From: Chloroflexota bacterium
GTDB lineage: Bacteria; Chloroflexota; Dehalococcoidia; SM23-28-2; RBG-16-64-32
Reading direction: 5' to 3'
DNA: 32,223 nucleotides
Assembly: GCA_022565075.1 (NCBI GenBank)
Contig: JADFKG010000002.1
Location: 1-32,223, forward strand
The number at the start of each line of letters is the position of its first letter. Within the stretch, counting starts at the first letter, position 1. A program made the position numbers and the translations under genes. Shown piece after piece: positions 1 to 7,833 of the stretch. The notes under the pieces are model-generated. The model made no database searches, was not told the DNA's origin, and was given only the letters and a program-made list of their open reading frames with translations.

Positions 1-2
1 GA

Positions 3-854
3 TCGGGCCCTTCCCGGCGCTCGGCTGCTTCTTCGGCCACGCCCGTTTCGCTGGCTCGGCGGGTCGACCTGCCGTGGCTGCTGGCCGGCGTGCGAAACGG
101 CAGTGAACCGGAGCCCCCGAGCCGTGGCGCGGCGGCCGAGATCTTCGAGCTGCTGCAGTCGAAGGGCGCGCTCTTCTACGACGACATCGCTTCCGCCACA
201 CGCCGTTTGCCGACAGACGTCGGGCGCGGCCTGTGGGAGCTCGTCGCGCGCGGCCTGGCGACCGCCGACGGCTTCCAGGCGTTGCGCTCGCTCATGGCCT
301 CGAACAAGAAGCGCGGATTCCGGCGCCCGCAGAGAGCGCGCCTCTTCCGCACGCTGGCCGTGAGCGGGGTGCCGTCCGGCCGCTGGTCGCTGCTGCCGGA
401 GTGGGAGATGGCCGGCGACAGCCTGGCGAGCGAGGAGCTGGCCGCGGCCTGGGCGGAGCAGCTGCTCTTCCGCTACGGCGTCGTCTTCCGCGACCTGGCG
501 CGTCAGGAGAGCATGGGCGTGCCCTGGCGAGAGGTGCTGAGGGCGCTGCGGCGGATGGAGGCGCAGGGCGTCGTCCGCGGCGGCCGCTTCGTCGCCGGTT
601 TCTACGGCGAGCAGTACGCGCGCCCCGAAGCCGTGGAGTCGCTGCGCACGGTGCGGAGGAGCGAGAAAGAGGGCGAGCTCGTCCGCGTCTCCGCCGTCGA
701 CCCGCTGAACCTGACCAGCGTGATCACGCCCGGCGATCGAGTGCCGGCGATCCACACGAAGTCGGTCGTCTACCGCGACGGCGTACCGCTGGGTGAAGAC
801 GAAGCAGCGGCGGCGCTGAGCGAGCGCCGAGCGCTCGTGGCGACGGCGGGATAG
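3..854 (+). CDS. Lhr-family ATP-dependent helicase, C-terminal part (5' end cut by window edge)
   Basis: Frame 3 is open from nt 3 with no stop, so the GTG at 90 in the ORF track is not the real start. The tail motifs LFYDDIASATRRLPTDVGRGLWELVARGLATADGFQALRSL, FRYGVVFRDLARQE and RRMEAQGVVRGGRFVAGFYGEQYARPEAVESLR resemble the C-terminal DEAD/H-associated region of Lhr helicases. Recognised from memory. Confidence 0.6.
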   Translation, partial: SGPSRRSAASSATPVSLARRVDLPWLLAGVRNGSEPEPPSRGAAAEIFELLQSKGALFYDDIASATRRLPTDVGRGLWELVARGLATADGFQALRSLMASNKKRGFRRPQRARLFRTLAVSGVPSGRWSLLPEWEMAGDSLASEELAAAWAEQLLFRYGVVFRDLARQESMGVPWREVLRALRRMEAQGVVRGGRFVAGFYGEQYARPEAVESLRTVRRSEKEGELVRVSAVDPLNLTSVITPGDRVPAIHTKSVVYRDGVPLGEDEAAAALSERRALVATAG

Positions 855-865
855 CCGGGGCAGCG

Positions 866-1393
866 TTGGGGATCAAGGAGTGGGCAGAGAAGCGAGTCCG
901 AAAGCGGGATGTCTTCCTTGCGTTCGACGAGGCTGCCTTTCAAGCAATCGCCATATCGTCACTCGCGGCAGCCTTCCATGGAGTACCTACCGGCGATGCC
1001 GGTGAGTACCTGAGGGCCATCTGCGACGGACTTCGTGAGAGCGAAGCTCGCCTGTGGGGGTATAAGGGGAATCCCTCGGATTGGACTGATTCACGGTCAA
1101 TGATCAAAGAAGGCAGGGCCGATTGGCGACAAGATCGCGAGGCGCGCCTCAGCCTGGCGTTAGAGCTGGAACAGGATCGAAAGGCTCTCGATTCAGTTGT
1201 CGGTCGATTCGATGATGAAGGCGAGCAGGTAACCGATGCGGCAATCCACTGTCTGTGGTCAATCAAAGACCACATGTTTGCCCATTGTGATGACTTGGAA
1301 GCTAAGGCGATTGGAGAAGGGCTATCTGCCCCCTCGCATTTTCACAAGCTTCGGAAGCGTGCGGCTCGAAGAGCATCGGCGCTACTCCGATAG
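866..1393 (+). CDS. hypothetical protein (175 aa), compositionally atypical
   Basis: Uninterrupted 175-codon ORF with a TTG start 12 nt after the Lhr stop. Many A/T-ending codons. Hand-counted GC of four 60-nt lines is 62, 52, 57 and 45%, against 70-80% in flanking genes. No recognisable motif. Confidence 0.45.
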   Translation: MGIKEWAEKRVRKRDVFLAFDEAAFQAIAISSLAAAFHGVPTGDAGEYLRAICDGLRESEARLWGYKGNPSDWTDSRSMIKEGRADWRQDREARLSLALELEQDRKALDSVVGRFDDEGEQVTDAAIHCLWSIKDHMFAHCDDLEAKAIGEGLSAPSHFHKLRKRAARRASALLR

Positions 1394-1403
1394 ATCGACC
1401 CTC

Positions 1404-1427
1404 ACCCTCACGTAAGGGTTTACTTTG
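1404..1427 (+). terminator. weak hairpin plus T-rich tail after the orphan ORF
   Basis: ACCCT-CACGTA-AGGGT (5-bp stem) followed by TTACTTTG. The stem is short, so this is tentative. Confidence 0.25.
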
Positions 1428-1500
1428 CGGCGCTAGCGGCATATCATTCCCCCGGAAAACGATGATCACGGCCCCTTTACGCTGACTTCAGGAGAGCCCT

Positions 1501-2487
1501 ATGCACACACCTCTGCACACACCGATCTGCGACAAACTCGGCATCGAGTATCCGATCTTCCTCGCCGGAATGGGCGGCGTCTCACTATCGAAGCTGGTGG
1601 CCGCCGTCTCCAACGCCGGCGGCCTCGGCATCATGGGCGCGGCGACGCTCGACCCCGAGACGCTGCGTGAGGAGATCCGCAAGACGCGCGACCTCACCGA
1701 TAAGCCGTTCGCCGTCGACCTCCTGGCGCCCGACCCGGAGATGATCCGGCCGCATATGCAGGTGGTCTTCGAGGAAGGCGTCAAGATCTTCGTCGCCGGC
1801 CTGGCCGTGCCGGAGGCGTTCATCAAGGAGATGCACGAGCGCGATATGCTCGTGATGGTGATGTGCGGCAAAGTGCGCCACGCAGAGAAGTCGGTCGCTG
1901 CCGGTGCGGACATCGTCGCCGCGCAGGGCACAGAGGCCGGCGGACACACGGGCGAAATCGGAGGCATGGCGCTGTTGCCACAGACCGTCGACGCCGTGAA
2001 CGTCCCGGTAATCGCGGCCGGTGGTCTGGCGGACGGCCGCGGGCTCGTTGCGGCGCTGGCGTTTGGCGCAGAGGGCGCGATCTTCGGCACGCGTCTGATC
2101 GCCACTCCCGAGGCGCAGGCTGCGCCGGGCTACCGCGAGGCCATCGTCCGCGCGAACGAAGCGGACACGATGCGCACGCGCGCTTACACGGGCAAGACCG
2201 CCCGCACGATCAAGACTGCCTACGCTGAAGAGTGGGAGAAGAAGAGCGACGAGATCCAGCCGTTCCCGATGCAGGTGATGACCTCTATCCAGAACCAGGT
2301 TATGGACTACCCCGGCCTGACCGAGTCGTTCGACGTGACGCGCACGTTCATGCCCGCCGGTCAGGGCGCCGGCATGATCCGCGAGATTAAGCCGGCCGCC
2401 GAGGTCGTCCGCGACATCGTCCGCGAGGCGGAGGCGGTGATCGACAAGCGCTTCGTCCAGCCGTCCCTCGAAGCGCAGAAGAGTTAG
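1501..2487 (+). CDS. nitronate monooxygenase / 2-nitropropane dioxygenase family (FabK-like FMN enzyme)
   Basis: Motifs GIEYPIFLAGMGGVS, NAGGLGIMGA, AQGTEAGGHTG and VIAAGGLADGRG. SD-like CAGGAGAG lies upstream of the ATG. Confidence 0.85.
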   Translation: MHTPLHTPICDKLGIEYPIFLAGMGGVSLSKLVAAVSNAGGLGIMGAATLDPETLREEIRKTRDLTDKPFAVDLLAPDPEMIRPHMQVVFEEGVKIFVAGLAVPEAFIKEMHERDMLVMVMCGKVRHAEKSVAAGADIVAAQGTEAGGHTGEIGGMALLPQTVDAVNVPVIAAGGLADGRGLVAALAFGAEGAIFGTRLIATPEAQAAPGYREAIVRANEADTMRTRAYTGKTARTIKTAYAEEWEKKSDEIQPFPMQVMTSIQNQVMDYPGLTESFDVTRTFMPAGQGAGMIREIKPAAEVVRDIVREAEAVIDKRFVQPSLEAQKS

Positions 2488-2508
2488 CGCGACACCGGTC
2501 AGCGTGCC

Positions 2509-3573
2509 ATGGCCGCGACGTCCCGCGCCGTTGTCCAGACCGCCCCGCGAACGCTAGAGTTTCGCGAGTTTCCGCTGCCCGAGATCGGGGATGACGATGG
2601 CCTGCTGCGCGTCGAGGCCTGCGGCATCTGCGGCTCAGACTACGAGCAGTACGAGGGCGTTTTGCCGGTGCGCCTGCCCGTCGTTCCCGGCCACGAGCCG
2701 GTCGGCCGGATTGAGCGGATCGGCCCGCGCCTGGCAGAACGATGGGGCGTCAAGGTGGGAGACCGCGTGGCTGTTGAGGCGCTGCTCCCGACCGCTGAGG
2801 GGCTGATCAGCCGCGGTGGTCTGTCGGCGTACGGCTACCTGAGCGTCGACCGCCCGCCGGGCCTCTGGGGCGGCTTCGCGGAGTATCTCTACCTGGCGCC
2901 GAACTCTGTCCTGCACCGCATCAGCGAGTCCCTGTCGCCTGAGATCGCGACGCTGTTCAATCCGCTTGGCGCTGGCTTCCGCTGGGCGGTGGCGATACCG
3001 CAACTTAAGGCCGGCGAGACGATCGTAGTTCTGGGGCCGGGGCAGCGTGGCCTCGCCAGCGTGATCGCGGCCAGGGAGGCGGGCGCCGGGCAGGTGATCG
3101 TCACGGGGCTCACGAGGGACAAGCACAAGATGGCGCTGGCCCGGGAGTTCGGTGCTACCCTGACCGTTAACGTCGAGACCGAAGACTTGCGCGGCGTTGT
3201 GCGTGAGGCGACGGACGGCCGCGGGGCGGACGTCGTGATCGACGTCACGGCCTACGCGACGGAGGCTGTGACGCAGGCGATCGACCTCGCGCGACAGGGC
3301 GGCCGTGTTGTGCTGGCCGGGACGAAGGGCCAGAAGCCGGTCGCCGACTTCTTCAGCGACCGCATCGTGGTCAAAGAGCTGACCGTGCTGGGCGCGCTTG
3401 GGGTAGACTACGACGGCTACGACCGGGCCGTACGCCTGATCGAGTCGGGGAAGTATCCGCTTGAGAAGATGCACACTCATACGATGCCGCTGGACGAGGC
3501 CGAGCGGGCGATCGATATGCTCGCCGGCAAGATTCCGGGTGAAGAGGCGATCCACATCGCCCTCGTGCCCTGA
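2509..3573 (+). CDS. zinc-dependent alcohol dehydrogenase (MDR superfamily)
   Basis: Motifs GICGSDYEQYEG and PGHEPVGRIERIG (catalytic Zn ligands), plus the Rossmann motif VLGPGQRGL. Confidence 0.85.
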   Translation: MAATSRAVVQTAPRTLEFREFPLPEIGDDDGLLRVEACGICGSDYEQYEGVLPVRLPVVPGHEPVGRIERIGPRLAERWGVKVGDRVAVEALLPTAEGLISRGGLSAYGYLSVDRPPGLWGGFAEYLYLAPNSVLHRISESLSPEIATLFNPLGAGFRWAVAIPQLKAGETIVVLGPGQRGLASVIAAREAGAGQVIVTGLTRDKHKMALAREFGATLTVNVETEDLRGVVREATDGRGADVVIDVTAYATEAVTQAIDLARQGGRVVLAGTKGQKPVADFFSDRIVVKELTVLGALGVDYDGYDRAVRLIESGKYPLEKMHTHTMPLDEAERAIDMLAGKIPGEEAIHIALVP

Positions 3574-3591
3574 GCGATGGAAAGAGGGAGC

Positions 3592-4032
3592 ATGGACGAA
3601 GAAGCGATGCAAAAGAACCTGGACCGGATGGCCAAGGTAATCGACGCTATACCGTTCATGAAGCACCTGGCGATGGAGTTCGTCGAGGGCGGCGAAGGCT
3701 TCGCCAGCGTCCGCATGCGCTATCAGGACGAGAACTCGACCGCGGGCCGGGCGCTGCACGGCGGAGCGATCGCCTCGCTGATCGACACGACGGGCGCGAT
3801 GGCTGCGTGGACGACGGCGATGATCGCCTCCCCCAAGTACTTCGGTTCGACCGTTGGCGTCAACGTGAACTATCTTTCGGGGGTGATCGGCGAGGACGTG
3901 GTGGCCGAGGGGCGCATCCTGAAACGAGGCAAGGAGATCATCTACACGGACGTCCGCGTGACGAATGAGGCGGGCAAGCTGCTCGCCCAGGGGACGGTCG
4001 TGTACCGCATCGTGGAGACGGAGCGGGGCTAA
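3592..4032 (+). CDS. PaaI-family hotdog-fold thioesterase
   Basis: Core motif LHGGAIASLIDTTGAMAAW. Two in-frame ATGs at 3577 and 3592. The second is preceded by AGAGGGAG (SD), so it is preferred; 3577 remains possible. Confidence 0.8.
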   Translation: MDEEAMQKNLDRMAKVIDAIPFMKHLAMEFVEGGEGFASVRMRYQDENSTAGRALHGGAIASLIDTTGAMAAWTTAMIASPKYFGSTVGVNVNYLSGVIGEDVVAEGRILKRGKEIIYTDVRVTNEAGKLLAQGTVVYRIVETERG

Positions 4033-4604
4033 TGGCGGTCATCGCCAAGATCGAGCAGCCGGACTCCGACGACCTGAAGGAGATGTACGAGCGGCTGTCG
4101 CAGGCCGGGCTGGGTCTCGGCGTTCTCAACATCTTCAAGACGATGGCTCACAACCCGAAGCTCCTGCGTGACTGGGTGAGGATGGCGACGCCGCTTCTCA
4201 CCGGCGGTCTGATGCTCTCGCCGCGGCTGCGCGAGCTGGCGATCCTGCGCGTCGGGCAGGTCAGTGGCAGCGAGTACGAGTTTGGGCAACACATACGCAT
4301 CGCCCGGGCCGCCGGCGTTTCATACGAGGACATGGCCGCGCTCAAGGATTACGACGACGGCGATCACTTCAGCGACCTCGAGCGCGCGGTGATCGCCTAC
4401 ACCGACGACTGCGCGCGCCTGGAAGCCGGCGCCGCCGACCGGGCGCGTGATCTCAAGCGCTGGCTCTCGGACCGGGAGCTGCTGGAGCTGACCTTCTGCA
4501 TCGGCCACTGGAGCATGGTAGCCCGCGTTCTCGTGCCGCTTGAGGTCGAGCTGGACGAAGCACTCCTTGCGGAGCTGCCGGACGAGTGGCGACAGTGGCT
4601 ATGA
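4032..4604 (+). CDS. carboxymuconolactone decarboxylase / AhpD-like family protein
   Basis: Motifs NIFKTMAHNPKLLRDW and RELAILRVGQVSGSEYEFGQHIRIA. The start overlaps the upstream stop (TAATG). Confidence 0.75.
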   Translation: MAVIAKIEQPDSDDLKEMYERLSQAGLGLGVLNIFKTMAHNPKLLRDWVRMATPLLTGGLMLSPRLRELAILRVGQVSGSEYEFGQHIRIARAAGVSYEDMAALKDYDDGDHFSDLERAVIAYTDDCARLEAGAADRARDLKRWLSDRELLELTFCIGHWSMVARVLVPLEVELDEALLAELPDEWRQWL

Positions 4605-4620
4605 AAGATTGGAAAGAAGC

Positions 4621-5700
4621 ATGAAATTCGGACTGCTCTACGAGATCGAAGTCGTCAAGCCGTGGGACGAGAACAGCCATCGCAACGCTTTCATGGAAGC
4701 GCTGGACCAGATCAAGCTCGCCGAAGAGGTGGGGTTCGACTACGTCTGGGCGGTCGAGCACCACTTCCTGGGCGAGTTTTCGATCTCTTCTGCGCCCGAG
4801 GTGTTCCTCTCGGCCGTGGCGCAGCACACGAGCCGCATTCGCATCGGCCACGGCGTCGTCCTCTTGCCTTTCGGCTACAACCATCCGATTCGCGTTGCCG
4901 AACGCGCGGCCGTGCTGGACATCATGAGCAACGGGCGTCTTGAGTTCGGTACTGGCCGGTCGGCGACGCAGTACGAGATGGAGCCGTTCGGCGTCGACCC
5001 GGAGACGAACCGCGCGGAGTGGGACGAGGCCGTGCGCATGATCCCGAAGATGTGGACGGAGGACGAGTTCTCGTGGGATAGCGAGCTGATACGCATTCCG
5101 ACGCGCAACGTCCTGCCCAAGCCGGTTCAGAAGCCGCACCCGCCGATGTGGATGGCCGGGACGCAGCCGTCGTCCGCGATCCTGGCCGCGGAGCGGGGCC
5201 TGGGCTTCCTGCACTTCACCTTCGCTGATCCCGAAGCGCTGGACGAGAAGGTGCAGGCGTATCGCGGTGGCATCGCCAAAGCCGAACCCGTCGGTTCGTT
5301 CGTCAACGAGAACTTCGCTGCGTTTACGCTGATGCATTGCGGCGAGACCGACGAGGAGGCGATGCGCGAGGGCGGTGGCGGCGCGGACTGGTATGTGCGG
5401 GCGAGCAACTTGCTGTACTCGATCTGGGCGCAGTCCGGCTCGAAGTCGTACGCCTGGTATGCCGAGCAGTTCGCGAAGGGTCGTGGTCGCGACACGGAAG
5501 ACGTGAACGTCCAGAAGATGGCCGACGAAGGAATCCTCTGTCTGGGCGGGCCGGAGAAGTGCGCGCAAGTCGTTCGCCACTACGAAGAGCAGGGCATCGA
5601 TCAGATCATCTTCCTCGTGCAGGCCGGCGGCACTTCACACGACGCGATTCAGCGCTCTCTGAGGCTTTTCGGAGAGAAAGTCATTCCGCAGTTCAAATAG
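4621..5700 (+). CDS. LLM-class (luciferase-like) flavin-dependent oxidoreductase
   Basis: Motifs MKFGLLYEIE, GFDYVWAVEHHF and IGHGVVLLPFGYNHPIRVAERAAVLDIMSNGRLEFGTGRS. The ATG at 4621 follows the CMD stop and a GGAAAGAAG SD. The longer 4540 start would overlap the CMD gene. Confidence 0.85.
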   Translation: MKFGLLYEIEVVKPWDENSHRNAFMEALDQIKLAEEVGFDYVWAVEHHFLGEFSISSAPEVFLSAVAQHTSRIRIGHGVVLLPFGYNHPIRVAERAAVLDIMSNGRLEFGTGRSATQYEMEPFGVDPETNRAEWDEAVRMIPKMWTEDEFSWDSELIRIPTRNVLPKPVQKPHPPMWMAGTQPSSAILAAERGLGFLHFTFADPEALDEKVQAYRGGIAKAEPVGSFVNENFAAFTLMHCGETDEEAMREGGGGADWYVRASNLLYSIWAQSGSKSYAWYAEQFAKGRGRDTEDVNVQKMADEGILCLGGPEKCAQVVRHYEEQGIDQIIFLVQAGGTSHDAIQRSLRLFGEKVIPQFK

Positions 5701-5723
5701 GCGCACTTTCGGCGAATCTCCAG

Positions 5724-5752
5724 TTGACCGCGTGATAGGGCGATGCTAGGGT
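5724..5752 (+). promoter_or_regulatory. candidate sigma-70-type promoter for the TetR gene
   Basis: TTGACC (5724-5729), 17-nt spacer, TAGGGT (5747-5752), about 35 nt upstream of the tetR ATG. Confidence 0.3.
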
Positions 5753-5787
5753 GCTCACAAGGGATCTAAGCGTCTGATAAGTTAACG

Positions 5788-6441
5788 ATGGTAACGAAAC
5801 GCAGGAATCCTGCCCGAACCAACGGAAAGCGCACGCGGCGTGGCCCGTACACCCGCCAGCTGATCCTCGACGCCTCTCTCAGCCTTTTCTCCAAGAGTGG
5901 CTTTGCGCGGACGACGGTGCGCGACATCGCCCGCAAGGCGGGGATAACAGACGCCGCGATCTACTACCATTTCGAGTCCAAGCGAGAGCTCCTCGAGGCG
6001 CTCGTGGAGGAGCGAGGTTTCCTCAAGAGTCTCGAGAACCTGGAGCGCGTCAGCGCCGATCTTCCGCTACGGGAGTTTGTCCTCTGGATGTCGGCCGGCG
6101 CGGTTAACCTGATGGACGAGAACCGCGACTTCCTGCGCCTGATCATCATGGAGGGTCTCGGTGGCGACGAAGCTGCCCTGGAGCAGTACACGCGCCTCAT
6201 CGATCTCTGGGAACGGGCGCTAATCATCAACTTCGGGCGGTACGAGAAGAAGGGCGAGCTGGCGGTCGGTGTGGCAGAGGGGCTCGCGCCGCACATCATC
6301 TACACGATCCTGATGGCGTTCCAGGACAGCCTAATCGGCCGCCACGGCTTCGGCAGTCCGACGCCGGCGCAGCGTCAGGAAGCACTGAGGGCGTTCCTCG
6401 GTCCCAGCCTCGACCGGCTGCTGCGCGGCGTCAAGAACTAG
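5788..6441 (+). CDS. TetR/AcrR-family transcriptional regulator
   Basis: N-terminal HTH region LILDASLSLFSKSGFARTTVRDIARKAGITDAAIYYHFESKRELL. Confidence 0.85.
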   Translation: MVTKRRNPARTNGKRTRRGPYTRQLILDASLSLFSKSGFARTTVRDIARKAGITDAAIYYHFESKRELLEALVEERGFLKSLENLERVSADLPLREFVLWMSAGAVNLMDENRDFLRLIIMEGLGGDEAALEQYTRLIDLWERALIINFGRYEKKGELAVGVAEGLAPHIIYTILMAFQDSLIGRHGFGSPTPAQRQEALRAFLGPSLDRLLRGVKN

Positions 6442-6453
6442 CCGGCGCTCGTC

Positions 6454-7518
6454 ATGACCGTCCGGGTTGGCCTCATCGGCTGCGGCTTCATCGGGCGCTT
6501 TCACTCCGCCGCCATCCGTGCCGTCGTCAGCCGCCAGCTGCTCGATGTCGAGTACGTCGCCGTCTGCGACGAGAACGCGGACCGCGCCCGCTCCTTCGCC
6601 AGGATCACGGGCGCCGAGGCTATCACCGACGCCGCGGAGGTCATCGACTCTCCTGACATCGACGCCGTCTACATCTGCGTGCCGACGGCTGACCACAAGG
6701 AGCTGGTGCTGCGCGCGGCCGACCGAGGCAAGCACATCTTCTGCGAGAAGCCGTTGGCGACCAACCTCGGCGACGTCGAAGAGATGGTCGCGGCCGTCGA
6801 CGCGGCAAACGTGAGAGCGGCGGTCGGCCTCGTCCTTCGTCATTCGCCGATACTTACGGTGTTGCACGAGCTTATGCAGGACGCGACGCTGGGCCGGCTG
6901 ATGACGGTCGTGTTCCGCGACGACCAGTTCTTCCCCATTACGGGCCAGTATGCGTCCGATTGGCGCAAGGATGTGGCGGTCGCCGGCGCGGGCACGCTGC
7001 TGGAGCATTCGATCCACGACATCGACGTGCTTCACTGGCTCGCCGGGCCGGTGCGAAGCGTGAGTGGCACGACGCGTAACTTCGCCGGCCACGAGGGTAT
7101 CGAGGACCTCGTGGTCGCCAGTCTGGACTTCGAGAGCGGAGCGCAGGCCTCGTTGACGTCGATCTGGCACAGCGTCATCGGCCGCCCATCGACGCGGCTG
7201 ATCGAGGTGTTCTTCGAAAAGGGGCTCTTTCACCTCGATCACGACTATCTGGGGCCGATTCACCTGCAGAAGCACGCCCTCAGCGCCGAGACGATCCCTG
7301 AGGAGGAAGTCCAGCGCCGCTACCTTCAAATGCTGGGCCTGGACGCGGCCGAGTTCGAGGGGATGCTTCGCTACTCGCTTGAGGACTACTTGTTCCTGAA
7401 GGCGCTGACGGAAGACCGAGCGCCGTTTCCGGATTTCCACACGGCGCTCGAGGCGCATCGCGTCGTTGATGCGATCTACCGGTCCGGCGAGGCCGGCGGC
7501 CCGGTAGTCCTGCTCTAG
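6454..7518 (+). CDS. Gfo/Idh/MocA-family NAD(P)-dependent oxidoreductase
   Basis: Rossmann motif VRVGLIGCGFIGRFH, and HIFCEKPLA (the EKP motif). Confidence 0.85.
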   Translation: MTVRVGLIGCGFIGRFHSAAIRAVVSRQLLDVEYVAVCDENADRARSFARITGAEAITDAAEVIDSPDIDAVYICVPTADHKELVLRAADRGKHIFCEKPLATNLGDVEEMVAAVDAANVRAAVGLVLRHSPILTVLHELMQDATLGRLMTVVFRDDQFFPITGQYASDWRKDVAVAGAGTLLEHSIHDIDVLHWLAGPVRSVSGTTRNFAGHEGIEDLVVASLDFESGAQASLTSIWHSVIGRPSTRLIEVFFEKGLFHLDHDYLGPIHLQKHALSAETIPEEEVQRRYLQMLGLDAAEFEGMLRYSLEDYLFLKALTEDRAPFPDFHTALEAHRVVDAIYRSGEAGGPVVLL

Positions 7519-7641
7519 CGGGCGACCCGGCGGCGTGATCTTCTTCCCGCATTCACCGGAGTTTCCCCCGAACGTTCACGGTGGGCCGCGTGCGACACAC
7601 CGCCGACTGGCGTCTATGTACGTACAGGAGGCCCAAGCCCA

Positions 7642-7833
7642 ATGCATTTTGCGAAACTCTCCCGCACGCTGGTCGTCTGGACGAACGATGCCGAAGGACA
7701 GGCCCTCGCCGAGTACGGCCTGATCCTGGCGCTCGTGGCTATTGCCGCGGTCGGCGCTCTGGCGCTCGTCGGCGGTGCTATCTCCACACCGTTCTCGACG
7801 TTCGTCGATGCTGCCGGCATCGGCGGTAGCTAG
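7642..7833 (+). CDS. Flp-family type IVb pilin (63 aa)
   Basis: Flp signature EGQALAEYGLILALVAIAAVGAL (G/xxxxEY followed by a hydrophobic helix). AGGAGG SD lies 10 nt upstream of the ATG. Confidence 0.8.
   Translation: MHFAKLSRTLVVWTNDAEGQALAEYGLILALVAIAAVGALALVGGAISTPFSTFVDAAGIGGS

Noticed and set aside
2635-7458. Long antisense ORFs 2635..3759, 4453..5580 and 6331..7458 (374-375 aa each)
   Set aside because: Each lies exactly opposite a motif-supported plus-strand gene (ADH, LLM, Gfo/Idh/MocA) and has a low-complexity Arg/Leu/His-rich translation.
7592-7620. GCGACA, 17-nt spacer, TATGTA as the flp promoter
   Set aside because: The predicted TSS (about 7627) would fall inside the AGGAGG SD (7626-7631), removing the ribosome-binding site. 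The call is therefore doubtful.
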